Assembly: GCA_038045945.1 (NCBI GenBank)
Contig: JBBSXC010000001.1
Coordinates: 75,680 to 139,679, forward strand
Source of the DNA: Nanobdellota archaeon
GTDB lineage: Archaea > Nanobdellota > Nanobdellia > Pacearchaeales > GW2011-AR1
Reading direction: 5' to 3'
DNA length: 64,000 nt
The notes under the pieces are model-generated. The model did not search any database. It worked only from the letters and a program-made list of their open reading frames with translations, and had not been told where the DNA came from. The position numbers and the translations under genes were made by a program. This document shows, piece by piece, positions 37,737 through 51,070 of the stretch; position 1 is the first letter of the stretch, and each line of letters begins with the position of its first letter.

Positions 37737-37776
37737 GATTATCTAGGGTTATTTGGTATTAAAAGCATTGTTGTTT

Positions 37777-38898
37777 TTAGGAGGATACTATTCCACCACC
37801 TATTACTTCGTAGCTTTTTGGTTTGTATATTACGCTTGCTTGCCCTTGACTTATTCCTGTTGCTCCTTCTTTTAGTGTTATTGTGAAACTTTTCTTTTTT
37901 GTTTCGTATTTCATTTTTGCTGGTAATAATTCTCCTACTTTTCTTATTCTAACGTCCACCGTCATTTTTTTCTTTTTTGTTTCCTTAATGTCTTCTGTTA
38001 TTAGGTGTAAATTTTTTATTGTGAAGTATTTTTTCAGTAATATTGGGTGTCCTTTTGGTGCTGCTACTATTATGTTTTTCTTTACGTCTTTTTTTGCTAC
38101 GTACCACCTTTGTGAATTAATCCTGTCGCGCACGCCAGGATTAATGTCAATACCAAAACGCGGGCCTATTCTTTGTCCTATTGTGTAGTAGAACACTCCG
38201 TCATGTTCTCCTATGATTTTTCCTTCTGGCGAGAGTATTTTTCCTTTTTTTTGTTTTATTTTCTTTTTTAAGAATTCTTTCAGATTTACCTTTCCTATGA
38301 AGCATATTCCTTTTGTTGATTCTCTGTCATGGTTTGGTAATTCTAGTTTTTTTGCTATGTTTCTTATTTCTTTTTTTGTGTATTCTCCTATTGGGAATAG
38401 TGTGTGGCTTAAGTCTTCTTGACTTAGTCTGTATAGGAAGTATGATTGATCTTTTAGGTCTTCTTTTCCTCTAAGTAAATAATACTTGTTTTTTTTCTTT
38501 TTTATTCTTGCGTAATGTCCCGTTACTATGTACTGGCACCCTAATTTTTTTGCTGCTTTCCATAATAATGGGAATTTTACTAGTTGGTTGCAGTCTACGT
38601 CAGGGTTTGGTGTTATTCCTTCTTTGTATTGTTTGAACATTTCTTCTACTACACTTTTGCGGTATTCTTTTTCGAAATCTAGGGTTATTAGCGGTAGGTT
38701 TAGTTTTGCTGTTACACGTCTTGCCATTCTTCTGTCTTCGCGCCAGGAGCATTCTCCCATATCGTTTTTTGTGTCACTCCAATTTTTCATGAATGCACAA
38801 ATAACTTCGTGTCCTTCTTTATTCATTAAGTATGCTGCAATACTTGAGTCTACTCCACCCGATAACGCTACTAGTACTTTAGTTTTTTTCTTTTCCAT
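37777..38898 (-). CDS. mnmA: tRNA 2-thiouridine(34) synthase, bacterial type
   Basis: SGGVDS, TPNPDVDCN..VKF, TGHYAR, KDQSYFL, GICFIG, YTIGQR, GQA.V.Y. Confidence 0.93.
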   Translation of the reverse strand: MEKKKTKVLVALSGGVDSSIAAYLMNKEGHEVICAFMKNWSDTKNDMGECSWREDRRMARRVTAKLNLPLITLDFEKEYRKSVVEEMFKQYKEGITPNPDVDCNQLVKFPLLWKAAKKLGCQYIVTGHYARIKKKKNKYYLLRGKEDLKDQSYFLYRLSQEDLSHTLFPIGEYTKKEIRNIAKKLELPNHDRESTKGICFIGKVNLKEFLKKKIKQKKGKILSPEGKIIGEHDGVFYYTIGQRIGPRFGIDINPGVRDRINSQRWYVAKKDVKKNIIVAAPKGHPILLKKYFTIKNLHLITEDIKETKKKKMTVDVRIRKVGELLPAKMKYETKKKSFTITLKEGATGISQGQASVIYKPKSYEVIGGGIVSS

Positions 38899-38930
38899 GA
38901 TGTTTTTTAGAAATGTTTTGTTAAAAGTTT

Positions 38931-39515
38931 TTATTTGCTCATCTTTTTTAGTAATTCTACCACTATTGGTAATTCTTTTGTGCTGGCTGTTTCTTCGTCA
39001 AAGTGTCCCATTCCGGATAGCATTATTATTTCGCTGTCTAGGTTGCTTTGGTATAGTGTTACGTTGTTCATTGGTACGTATGGGTCGTTGTCCGAGAATA
39101 TTGCTACAAACTTCTTTGCTCTAGTTTTTATTTTTTCAAAGTTTGTTTTCATTTCCAGCCATGGTTTAGCTGTTAGCTTCATTTGAGGCTCAGGCGTTGC
39201 TTCTTTGCTTAGTGAGAACCATCCTCCTACGAATATTACTCCTCCGCATACGTCTCCATCTGCTACTTCTCCTTCTAAATATTTCATTACTGCTTTGCAT
39301 CCTATGCTGTGGCATATGAAGTATGTTTCTTCGTCTACTTCTCCTACAATTTTTACTAGTTTTTCTACCCATTCCCTAATTACTGGTGAATGTGTGTCTG
39401 GCATTTCTGGTATTTCTACTTTGAATCCTTCTTTTTCGAGTGTTCTGGCTACACTTTCGTACCAGTTCATTTTTGGGTTAAAATCCCATCCGTGAATAAT
39501 GAATACTCTCTTCAT
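38931..39515 (-). CDS. RBBP9/YdeN-family alpha/beta hydrolase
   Basis: IIHGW, CHSIGC, SDNDPYVP, GHF. Confidence 0.9.
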   Translation of the reverse strand: MKRVFIIHGWDFNPKMNWYESVARTLEKEGFKVEIPEMPDTHSPVIREWVEKLVKIVGEVDEETYFICHSIGCKAVMKYLEGEVADGDVCGGVIFVGGWFSLSKEATPEPQMKLTAKPWLEMKTNFEKIKTRAKKFVAIFSDNDPYVPMNNVTLYQSNLDSEIIMLSGMGHFDEETASTKELPIVVELLKKMSK

Positions 39516-39606
39516 AGCAATAATTTAGGGTTTTTTGTCATATATTAATCTTGCTAATAAGTTTGTTATAGTTAAGCTTATAAATTAGGAAAATTGGTTT
39601 TATTTT

Positions 39607-39840
39607 ATGAGTAGGGCTTTGGAGTTTTTTAGACGAATCGATTTAAAATCATTAGCTAATGCTGCTGGCCAAGTAGTCGTTCCCGGTTATTCCACGGCTC
39701 ATTATGTTTATTTTGATAGGTACGCCGCTAACCCTCAAACTGATGGAAAAGTTTATGTTTTTGAGCAGAGAGCTAAAAGGTTTGGTTTAGATCTTGTTAA
39801 AGGCTTGGCTTGGTACGGTCTTTATGAGATTGTTAAATAA
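39607..39840 (+). CDS. hypothetical protein
   Basis: 77-aa ORF with TTATAAA upstream. Confidence 0.55.
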   Translation: MSRALEFFRRIDLKSLANAAGQVVVPGYSTAHYVYFDRYAANPQTDGKVYVFEQRAKRFGLDLVKGLAWYGLYEIVK

Positions 39841-39847
39841 CATTTTT

Positions 39848-40327
39848 TTATTCTATTTTTAGCCCTGGGAATAGTTTTCTTTCTTCTTGTAATTCTGCCT
39901 TTCTTTCGCTCATTTTCCAGCCTAAGTCTAATAATTGGTCTTTTCCCATTGCTTTTCTTGCTTTTGGGAACATTTCTGATTCTTCTTCATGGGCGTGATG
40001 CCCTACTAACTCTTTTAGTATTTTAGCTTTTGCTGAGAATACGTCTTGGTTTTTTTCTCCTCCCATTTTTGATATTAGGTAGTCTACTAGCTCTTGCTCT
40101 TCGTGTGCTTCATAGAATAATTCTCTTCCTTCTTGTGTATTAACTGCGTTTTTGAATGCTGGATAAAATATTTCTTCTTCTATTTTAGTGTGTATAGTTA
40201 GTTCTTTCTTTATTTTTTTAAATAATTCTTCATTAATGATTTTTGATGCTGTTAGTCTTTTTAATAATTCTCTAACTGTTTTATGATCATCTTTCAATAA
40301 TTTAATTGCGTCCATTCTCTTAGCCAT
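39848..40327 (-). CDS. hemerythrin/HHE-domain protein
   Basis: LKDDH, H..IEE.IFYP, HH..EEE.EMFP. Confidence 0.88.
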   Translation of the reverse strand: MAKRMDAIKLLKDDHKTVRELLKRLTASKIINEELFKKIKKELTIHTKIEEEIFYPAFKNAVNTQEGRELFYEAHEEQELVDYLISKMGGEKNQDVFSAKAKILKELVGHHAHEEESEMFPKARKAMGKDQLLDLGWKMSERKAELQEERKLFPGLKIE

Positions 40328-40443
40328 TATACTTAGAGTTCAATGACCCATAAAAAGCCGTGCAGTATGAAAGATAACGACTAAAATATAGAATTCTCCC
40401 ATCCTTTAATGCTAGTTTTAGTGTTCTTTATCTAGCGTGTGTA

Positions 40444-40518
40444 CGTCCCGGGGAGGATTTGAACCTCCGACCCCCTGATTAACAGTCAGGTGCTCTAACC
40501 GGACTGAGCTACCGAGAC
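40444..40518 (-). tRNA. tRNA-Asn(GTT)
   Basis: Anticodon arm CCTGA-CTGTTAA-TCAGG; full cloverleaf. Confidence 0.95.
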
Positions 40519-40624
40519 ACAAAACAAACAAGAAAATACGCGTATTTAAGTTTAATTGTTAATAGGATGAATCCTGCGTTCTAGTATAGAAGTGTTTAAA
40601 TTGTTCTTAGTCATGATACACTCC

Positions 40625-41785
40625 ATGGATTCTAGACCTATTCCTGAAAGAATAAGTGAAAGAGTTTATAATGGTAGGAGTTTAGCTGAGATGCTCAATT
40701 TTTCTAGGGATTATGGTGCTAGTGATATTAAGTTTGTTGTTGGTTTGCCACCTTATTTTAGAAGGGGTGAAGGATTAGTTCATAATCTTGGTGATGGTAA
40801 GGGCGCTTTTGAGCCAGTAAATCTTGAAACTATGAATAAGTTTGTTGATTGTTTAACAACACAAAAGCAGAGGGACAAGTTATTATCTGGAGAGGAGGAT
40901 TTAGATATGTCAGTGATAATGCCAGAGAATGACGGGGCAAGATCTTATAGACTAAACTTGGCTATGCAGAAAGGAACGCCAATGATAATGATAAGAGTAG
41001 TTCCAGATAAAATAAGGCCTTTATCAGATCTTGGACTTCCAAAAACTATAATTGACTATTTTAGGACTTTACAAAGGGGTATTGTTTTGGTTACTGGGGC
41101 TACTGGTGCTGGTAAGTCTTCAACTTTAGCTGCGATGGTGGATGATATAAGAGTTAGGAATAGTGATGAGATAATAACTATTGAAGACCCTATAGAGTAT
41201 GTTCATAATTCTGATTCATCATTAATAATTCAGAGGGAGTTAAGAAGGGATACTCAGTCATATAGTTCGGCATTGAAGTCTGCTATGAGACAAGACCCTG
41301 ACGTTATAGCTATAGGAGAAATAAGGGATACTGAAACCGTGAGAGCATGCTTAGAATCATCTTATACCGGTCACTTAGTCTTAGGAACTTTACACACTGC
41401 TGATGCTATACAAAGTGTTAATAGAATGATCGATTTGTTTCCTGAAAGTTTACAAAGAGATATATCGTCTCAGCTTTCCGATACTTTAAGAATTGTTATT
41501 TCTCAGTCTTTAGTTCCAACAATTAATGGTGGTAGAAAACTTGTGGCTGAGATTTTGAGGAATGACCCTTTTTCTGCTATATCTAAACAAATCCGTGATA
41601 GGGATCCTCCTGGAAAAATTTTGTCTAGTATGCAAACAGGTAAGAGGTATGGGATGGTAGTTATGGAAGACGCATTGTTTGACGCTTATCAGGCAAATCT
41701 TATCGATAAAGTAACAGCTTTTGGTTATGCTATAAGAAAAGATGAGATGAAAAGAAAACTAGATTTTGGCGAGTTAGGCAAATAA
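40625..41785 (+). CDS. pilT: PilT/PilU-like type IV pilus retraction ATPase
   Basis: ASDI, GATGAGKSST, TIEDPIEY, QRE, RQDPDVI.IGEIRD, TGHLV.GTLH, AISKQIRD (AIRNLIRE-like), MQTG...GM. Confidence 0.85.
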   Translation: MDSRPIPERISERVYNGRSLAEMLNFSRDYGASDIKFVVGLPPYFRRGEGLVHNLGDGKGAFEPVNLETMNKFVDCLTTQKQRDKLLSGEEDLDMSVIMPENDGARSYRLNLAMQKGTPMIMIRVVPDKIRPLSDLGLPKTIIDYFRTLQRGIVLVTGATGAGKSSTLAAMVDDIRVRNSDEIITIEDPIEYVHNSDSSLIIQRELRRDTQSYSSALKSAMRQDPDVIAIGEIRDTETVRACLESSYTGHLVLGTLHTADAIQSVNRMIDLFPESLQRDISSQLSDTLRIVISQSLVPTINGGRKLVAEILRNDPFSAISKQIRDRDPPGKILSSMQTGKRYGMVVMEDALFDAYQANLIDKVTAFGYAIRKDEMKRKLDFGELGK

Positions 41786-41793
41786 TCATTTTT

Positions 41794-42567
41794 TTAGTCT
41801 TCTAGTTCTAGTCCTTCGTCTTGTGGGTCTTGTAAGTTTTTTATTCCTTTTGTTAGTTCGTCATTCGATATTTCTGGTGATGCTTTTTTCTTCATTGGTT
41901 TCATTGTTGCTTTTTTGTTACCGTTATTGTTTTCTTCGTCCATTTCTTGGTCAAAATCATCATCTTCATCGTATAATTCTGGCCTTGATCTTTTTAGGTT
42001 GTTGTCTTCGTCTTTCTTTCTCATTAGTGGTTTTTTCTTGAACTTTTTCACTTTTGGTTGCTTACCTTGTACTTTTACTCCGTTGTCGTATTTGTGTTGT
42101 GTTCTTGACCTTTCTAAGAAGCCGTATACTTTTCCTTGTGCGCTTCCTCTAATGAGTTTTTCTACTGCTGTCATTGTTGCTCTTATTTCTTCTGCTATTC
42201 CTATTATGTATATTGTGTTTCCTTTGATTTTCATTACTGAGTCTGATAACTTTTCCATTAGCTTTTTTGTTTTTCCTTTAGTTCCTATGATTCTTGCTCT
42301 TACGTCTGCTATGTTTGTTCTTCTAGAATAATCTCTTATGTGCATTGTTTCCATTAAGTATTCTGGGTTTGCTAATAGCAATGCTATTTGTATTTCGTAG
42401 TCTGCTTCTAATGCTTCAAACACTTTTTCGCAATCATAAATGTTTTCTTCTTTTCCGTTAATTGTTACTTGGTTTGCTGATACTTCTAAGCCTACGCCTA
42501 AAGTTTTTTGTAGTATTGGTAGGTTGTTAATTACTGATCTTATGTTTCGAACAAATACTGTTTTCAT
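41794..42567 (-). CDS. KH-domain ribosome biogenesis factor Pno1/Dim2
   Basis: RARIIGTKGKTK, A...LIRGS...KVY.FLE; long charged C-terminal tail. Confidence 0.85.
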   Translation of the reverse strand: MKTVFVRNIRSVINNLPILQKTLGVGLEVSANQVTINGKEENIYDCEKVFEALEADYEIQIALLLANPEYLMETMHIRDYSRRTNIADVRARIIGTKGKTKKLMEKLSDSVMKIKGNTIYIIGIAEEIRATMTAVEKLIRGSAQGKVYGFLERSRTQHKYDNGVKVQGKQPKVKKFKKKPLMRKKDEDNNLKRSRPELYDEDDDFDQEMDEENNNGNKKATMKPMKKKASPEISNDELTKGIKNLQDPQDEGLELED

Positions 42568-42615
42568 AAAATTATTATGTTAAAGAGTCGTTATTAAAGT
42601 TTCTGTTGTGTTTTT

Positions 42616-43023
42616 TTATCCTAATTCGCCTTTTAGTAGTCCGCTTCTTTTTAGCCATTCTGATTCTGCTGGCGTGTATTTGAATATTACGTCTCCTTTT
42701 ATGTCTCCTTCGAATTCCCATGGTTCTATTAGTACTATGTTTCCCTCTCTTAACCATAGTTTTCTTTTCATTCTTCCCGGTACTCTGCAATTTCTGTCTT
42801 TTCCGTCAGAGCATTTTACTAACATTTTTGCTCCACCGTATCTTTGCTCTACTCTTCCTATTACTTGTCTTCCTTTTGGTACTCTTGCTCTTGCTACAAA
42901 TGTTGGTTGTCCTTCAGGTGAGTCGCGAGTGAATACTTCTTTTTTCTTGTATTTTACTTCTTTGTTTGCGTTAGAATTCTCTATGTTTTCGTAATCATCG
43001 CTTGAATTTTCATCATCTGCCAT
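42616..43023 (-). CDS. eif1a: translation initiation factor aIF-1A
   Basis: C.DGK.R.CRVPGRMKRKLW.REG..V...PW, KGD...KYT. Confidence 0.95.
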   Translation of the reverse strand: MADDENSSDDYENIENSNANKEVKYKKKEVFTRDSPEGQPTFVARARVPKGRQVIGRVEQRYGGAKMLVKCSDGKDRNCRVPGRMKRKLWLREGNIVLIEPWEFEGDIKGDVIFKYTPAESEWLKRSGLLKGELG

Positions 43024-43058
43024 TATTTATCGTTAATAAATCAGCGTTTATAAACTTT

Positions 43059-43118
43059 GAGATGCTTTTTTTGCGCATCTCGAGGCCTAAAAAATCTAGA
43101 ACCGAAGATTTTTTAAGG
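43059..43118. repeat. double-hairpin intergenic element
   Basis: GAGATGC...GCATCTC then AAAAAATC...GATTTTTT. Confidence 0.55.
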
Positions 43119-43151
43119 TTAATCTAATTTTTTAGAAAGCGTTTATTTTTT

Positions 43152-46613
<3,462 letters not shown>

Positions 46614-46615
46614 GA

Positions 46616-46828
46616 TTAATTCTTACTTATGAATAATTTAATTGAGTAAATAATTCCTAGTGCTCCAATTACTATGAATAATAACCCACCAACACCTGGC
46701 AAGTTTTTCCAACTCCCAGATAAAGCTGATAATGAATAGAAGAATACTCCTACAAGTGTAACTACAAGTGAAGCGGCTAACGTTAAAAGTTTACTGTTCA
46801 AGTTATTGTGATTATTTTCTTTTGCCAT
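46616..46828 (-). CDS. small 2-TM membrane protein inside the rpo operon
   Basis: 70-aa ORF packed 7 nt after rpoB and 2 nt before rpoA. Confidence 0.6.
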   Translation of the reverse strand: MAKENNHNNLNSKLLTLAASLVVTLVGVFFYSLSALSGSWKNLPGVGGLLFIVIGALGIIYSIKLFISKN

Positions 46829-46835
46829 TGTTTTT

Positions 46836-49800
46836 TTATTCGTATTTGTTTCCTAGTTCGAATTGTGTTTTAATGTGTAGTCCTTGTAGTTCGTCTACTA
46901 GTAGTTTGAATGCGTATGATACTTCTATTTTTTCTATTTCGTTGCTTGAGCATGCTGGGCATGTTATTTTGTTTCTTATTCTGTCGTCTACTGCTAAATA
47001 TCCGCACTTAGCGCATATTGGTAGTACTACTCTGTCGCTGTCGTATCTTTCTTTTAGTAATAATGATGCTCCATGAGCAACAAGAGCTTCTTGTTCCATT
47101 TCTCCTAGTCTTAATGCTCCTCCCATGCTTCTTCCTTCTATTGGTTGTCTTGTTAATAGTTGTACTTTACCACTTGCTCTTGCGTGTAGTTTGTTAGCTA
47201 CCATATATTTTAGTCTTAAGTAGTACATTTCTCCAATGTATATTTTTGCTTTCATTACTCTTCCTGTTATTCCGTCGTACATTGTTTCTTTACCATCGTA
47301 TCTGAATCCTATGCTTTTTAGTTCTTCTTCTAGTTCATCTCTGCTTTCACCTGAGAATGCTGTTCCGTCAATTATTCTTCCTGAGTTGCTTCCTACTTTT
47401 CCTCCCATTAGTTCAATTAGGTATCCCATAGTCATACGTGATGGGATTCCGTGTGGGTTGAACATTACGTCTGGTTTCATACCACGCGAAGTGAATGGTA
47501 TGTCATTTTCTGGTACTATCATTCCAACTACTCCTTTTTGCCCGTAAGGTGTTGAGAATTTGTCTCCTAATTCTGGTATTCTTTGGTCCCTCATTCTTAC
47601 TTGTACTAGTCTGTTTCCTTCGTTGTCGATTGTTAAGAATACTGCGTCAACTATTCCTTTTTCTTCTTGCCTCATTGCTGAAGATGATTCTTTTCTTGTT
47701 CTAACACTAATTTCTCTTGCTTCTGATAAGAATTTTGGTGGTGAAGTTTTTCCTATGATTACGTCTTCTTCGTGCATGTCTGCTTCAACGTATGCTATTC
47801 CGTCGTCTTCTAAGAATTTGTAGCTGTCTTGTGTTCTGTATCTTGATGTGTCTTTTTCTGGTATTTCTATTTTGTCAGCTAGTCCTCCAGCGTAATGTAT
47901 TTCTTCTGTTACGTAAGGTCTAAAGTATGTGCTTCTTCCCATTCCTCTTTGTACGCTTCCTCTGTTTAGCACTATTGCGTCTTCCATGTTGTATCCTTCG
48001 TGTGTCATTACTGCTACTACTAAGTTTTGTCCGCTTGGGTAAATGTTTAAAGTGTCATAAACGAAACTTCGAACGATTGGTTTTTGTGGGTAGTGTAGTA
48101 CTGATACGTCTGTGTCTACTCTTACTGGGTAGTTTGCTGCGTATATTCCTAATGCCTGTTTTTGTGTTTTTGATCCTCTGTTAAGACGGGAAGCTTGGTT
48201 GTGGTTTGCGTATGGTACTAAGCTTGTTACTAGGCCTAGCAAATCTATGTGGTCTATTTCTAGGTGTGTGTGTTCGCTTGTTAGTTCGTCTTTGTTTAGG
48301 CATACTAGTGAGTTTTCTTCTTCTCTTGCGTCTAAGTATTCTACTATTCCTTGTTTTAGTAAGTCGTTCCAGTTCATTTCTCCGGCTGCTAGTGAAGCTT
48401 CGTGGTCTTCTGTGAATCTGCTTACTCCGTTGTCAACTATTATTATTGGTCTTAGTACTCTTCCTGTTTCGCTTGATATTATTATTGTTTTTAGTTCGTC
48501 GTTTAGTCCTATGCTTAATTCCATTGGTAGTTTGTCTCCTCTTCTCATTTCTTTTACTTTTCCTATGAATTCTTTTTCGTCGTCTACTGATCCTACGAAT
48601 CTTCCGTTGAAGAATACGTCATGGTTGTATCCTTCTTCTGTTTTTGTGTTTGGGCTCATTCCTAATGCTTCTAGTGTTTCAACAAACTTTTTTTCTTCTA
48701 TGTTTGATCTTGTTGCTATTCTGCACATTATTGCTAAATTCTTTTTCAGTCCTATTTCTGTTCCTTCTGGTGTTTCTACTGGGCAGAATCTTCCGTAGTG
48801 TGTTGGGTGTAAAGTTCTAGCCATGAAGTTTTCTTGTTCTCCTGGTAGTTGGCTTGACACTTTTTGTAGTTGTGATAGTATTGCTAAGTAGTTTGTTTTG
48901 TCCATGTTTTGTGTTACTCCGCTTGTTTCTCCAATCCAGCTTCCTGTTGCTATTGCTGATTCCATTCTGTGTGAGAATAGTGTTGATTTTGCTATTGTTT
49001 TTACTGAATAAAACTTTTTTCTTTTTGCTATTTTTTGCAATGAGTATTGTATGTCTCTTATTAGTATGTTCATGTTAACTCTGAATAGGTCTGCTAGTAA
49101 GTCTCCGCTTAGTCTTACTCTTTTGTTTGCGTAGTGGTCTTTGTTTGTGACTATTGATGAGTCGTCTTTTGCTGCGTAGAATTGTTTTATTAGCTTACAT
49201 AGTGTTACTGCTTTTTCTCCTCTGTCATCTTTTCCTAGGCCTATGTGTGGCATTAAGTATGAGTCTAATCTTTGTTTTACTCTGTCTACCATTTCTTTTT
49301 TTGTTCCTTGTAATGATGTTTTTTCTGCTATGTACACCATTGCGTCGTCTGCTGTGTGAATGTTAGCGAATTCGTAAAGGTTTACTATGAATGAGTCGCT
49401 TTCTCTACCTACAAAACGAGCTATGTCGCTTTCTTTTGTCATTCCTAATGCTTTTAGTACTACTACTGTTGGTATGTTTTTGAATCTTGAGAATGATGTT
49501 TCTAGTATTCCTTCACTTGTTTCTGTTATTGATACTGGTATTCTGTATGATCCTCTTAGGCTGAATAATCTTAAAGTTAGTTTTCCTCTTGATATTCCTA
49601 TGAATGGTTGGTTTGGTGCTAAGTCTTCTATCATTACTATTACTCTTTCGTTTCCGTTAACTATGAAGTATCCTCCCGGGTCTAATGGGTCCATGTAGTT
49701 TTCTTCTAATTGTTCTTTATTCATTCCGTAAGTGTTACAAATATTACTTCTTACGATTACTGGTATTTTTCCTATTTCGAAGTTGTGGCTTTCTATGTTG

Positions 49801-50102
49801 CTTCCTTGTTTTACGCTTATTTCTACAAATACTGGTGCTGAGTATGTTAGGTTTCTTAGGCGTGCTTCTGTTGGTGTTAGAACGCTTGTGCTTCCGTCTG
49901 CTTCCACGACTACTGGTTTTTGCACGCTTACTTTTCCTAGTTTTATTTCGAAGTCGTCTGATATTAACCCGTCTGATATTTCGTCAACTATTTCTTGCAT
50001 TCTTTTATCTAAGAAGTTGTTGAATGATACAATGTTTGATTCTACTAGTGAATGATTGGCTAAATAGTTTTTTAGTATTACGTGCTTTTTATCAACTACC
50101 AT
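46836..50102 (-). CDS. rpo2: DNA-directed RNA polymerase subunit B (unsplit)
   Basis: DPGGYFIVNG, CPVETPEG, GYNMEDA, GDKFS..GQKG, RQPIEGR..GGALRLGEME. Confidence 0.97.
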   Translation of the reverse strand: MVVDKKHVILKNYLANHSLVESNIVSFNNFLDKRMQEIVDEISDGLISDDFEIKLGKVSVQKPVVVEADGSTSVLTPTEARLRNLTYSAPVFVEISVKQGSNIESHNFEIGKIPVIVRSNICNTYGMNKEQLEENYMDPLDPGGYFIVNGNERVIVMIEDLAPNQPFIGISRGKLTLRLFSLRGSYRIPVSITETSEGILETSFSRFKNIPTVVVLKALGMTKESDIARFVGRESDSFIVNLYEFANIHTADDAMVYIAEKTSLQGTKKEMVDRVKQRLDSYLMPHIGLGKDDRGEKAVTLCKLIKQFYAAKDDSSIVTNKDHYANKRVRLSGDLLADLFRVNMNILIRDIQYSLQKIAKRKKFYSVKTIAKSTLFSHRMESAIATGSWIGETSGVTQNMDKTNYLAILSQLQKVSSQLPGEQENFMARTLHPTHYGRFCPVETPEGTEIGLKKNLAIMCRIATRSNIEEKKFVETLEALGMSPNTKTEEGYNHDVFFNGRFVGSVDDEKEFIGKVKEMRRGDKLPMELSIGLNDELKTIIISSETGRVLRPIIIVDNGVSRFTEDHEASLAAGEMNWNDLLKQGIVEYLDAREEENSLVCLNKDELTSEHTHLEIDHIDLLGLVTSLVPYANHNQASRLNRGSKTQKQALGIYAANYPVRVDTDVSVLHYPQKPIVRSFVYDTLNIYPSGQNLVVAVMTHEGYNMEDAIVLNRGSVQRGMGRSTYFRPYVTEEIHYAGGLADKIEIPEKDTSRYRTQDSYKFLEDDGIAYVEADMHEEDVIIGKTSPPKFLSEAREISVRTRKESSSAMRQEEKGIVDAVFLTIDNEGNRLVQVRMRDQRIPELGDKFSTPYGQKGVVGMIVPENDIPFTSRGMKPDVMFNPHGIPSRMTMGYLIELMGGKVGSNSGRIIDGTAFSGESRDELEEELKSIGFRYDGKETMYDGITGRVMKAKIYIGEMYYLRLKYMVANKLHARASGKVQLLTRQPIEGRSMGGALRLGEMEQEALVAHGASLLLKERYDSDRVVLPICAKCGYLAVDDRIRNKITCPACSSNEIEKIEVSYAFKLLVDELQGLHIKTQFELGNKYE

Positions 50103-50107
50103 TTTTT

Positions 50108-50314
50108 TTATACCACCACCCTGTAATACATAAATGTTTTTTCTTCGAATTTTCTTTCTATTTTGATAACGTCTCCTTTACTACACCCTTCAGGTAATCC
50201 TGGATCAGTTATGCTTATTTTTGGTAATTGGTATGTTGATACGTTAAACTTTTCTAATAGTTCGTTAACTTCATCTTTTTTTATTTTCGTGTGTTTTGGC
50301 TGTAATGCGTGCAT
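50108..50314 (-). CDS. rpoH: RNA polymerase subunit H (Rpo5)
   Basis: H.LQPKH, QLPKI..TDP, GDVIKIER, YYRVVV. Confidence 0.95.
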   Translation of the reverse strand: MHALQPKHTKIKKDEVNELLEKFNVSTYQLPKISITDPGLPEGCSKGDVIKIERKFEEKTFMYYRVVV

Positions 50315-50591
50315 CTTTTAGAATATTTTAGGGGTTTAGGTTTTTATTGGAAAATTGCTAGCACAACTTAACAATAATAAAAACCAGCAAAAATGCCTTT
50401 TTAAACCTTTCTAAGACTTATGTATTCTGAGCCCTAAAACCTTAAAGACGGGCTTTTTAGGTCCTAAAAACTATTTTTTATTGTCAAAAACTCCGAGTTT
50501 TTTTCTTTTAGGTGTTTACTTAGTAGCTCCTTCTTTGTTTTCTTAGCTAATCAGAGGATTTTTAAACGATTAATTGTAGTTATTTGTATAT

Positions 50592-50666
50592 GGCTCCGTA
50601 GCTCAGCCTGGATAGAGTACTTGGCTTTTAACCAAGGTGTCGCGGGTTCAAATCCCGTCGGAGCCA
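50592..50666 (+). tRNA. tRNA-Lys(TTT)
   Basis: Acceptor GGCTCCG/CGGAGCC; anticodon arm CTTGG-CTTTTAA-CCAAG. Confidence 0.95.
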
Positions 50667-50685
50667 TTAACTTTTTTTAGAATTA

Positions 50686-51006
50686 TTATTTTATGTAGCT
50701 CGTTATTTTTTCAATTAGTGTTTCTTCGCTTACTGCTCCTATTATTCTTCCTACTTCTTTTCCTGCCTTTAGTATTATCATTGTTGGTATGCTCATAACA
50801 CCATATTTTTCTGCTATTTCTCCGTATTCGTCTACGTTTACTTTTGTGAAGTGTACTTTTTTCTGGAATTTTTTTATTGCTACTTCGTCTATTATTGGCC
50901 CCATCATTACGCATGGCATGCACCATTCTGCGTAGAAATCTACAAATGCGTATTCTGCTTTTAGTGCATTATCAAATTCTTTTATGTTGCTTATTTCTTC
51001 TACCAT
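50686..51006 (-). CDS. trxA: thioredoxin
   Basis: VDFYAEWCMPC, SIPT. Confidence 0.93.
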   Translation of the reverse strand: MVEEISNIKEFDNALKAEYAFVDFYAEWCMPCVMMGPIIDEVAIKKFQKKVHFTKVNVDEYGEIAEKYGVMSIPTMIILKAGKEVGRIIGAVSEETLIEKITSYIK

Positions 51007-51070
51007 GAAAAGTGTTTAGAAACAGGACTATAAAAAGCTGACGGGGATAGACAGATGTTCAGCAGAGTCA

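Noticed and set aside
33042-41785. Bacterial contamination as the source of sigma, mnmA and pilT
   Set aside because: They are interleaved with archaeal core genes and carry native-style TATA boxes and AT-rich composition; read mapping is still needed for a formal exclusion
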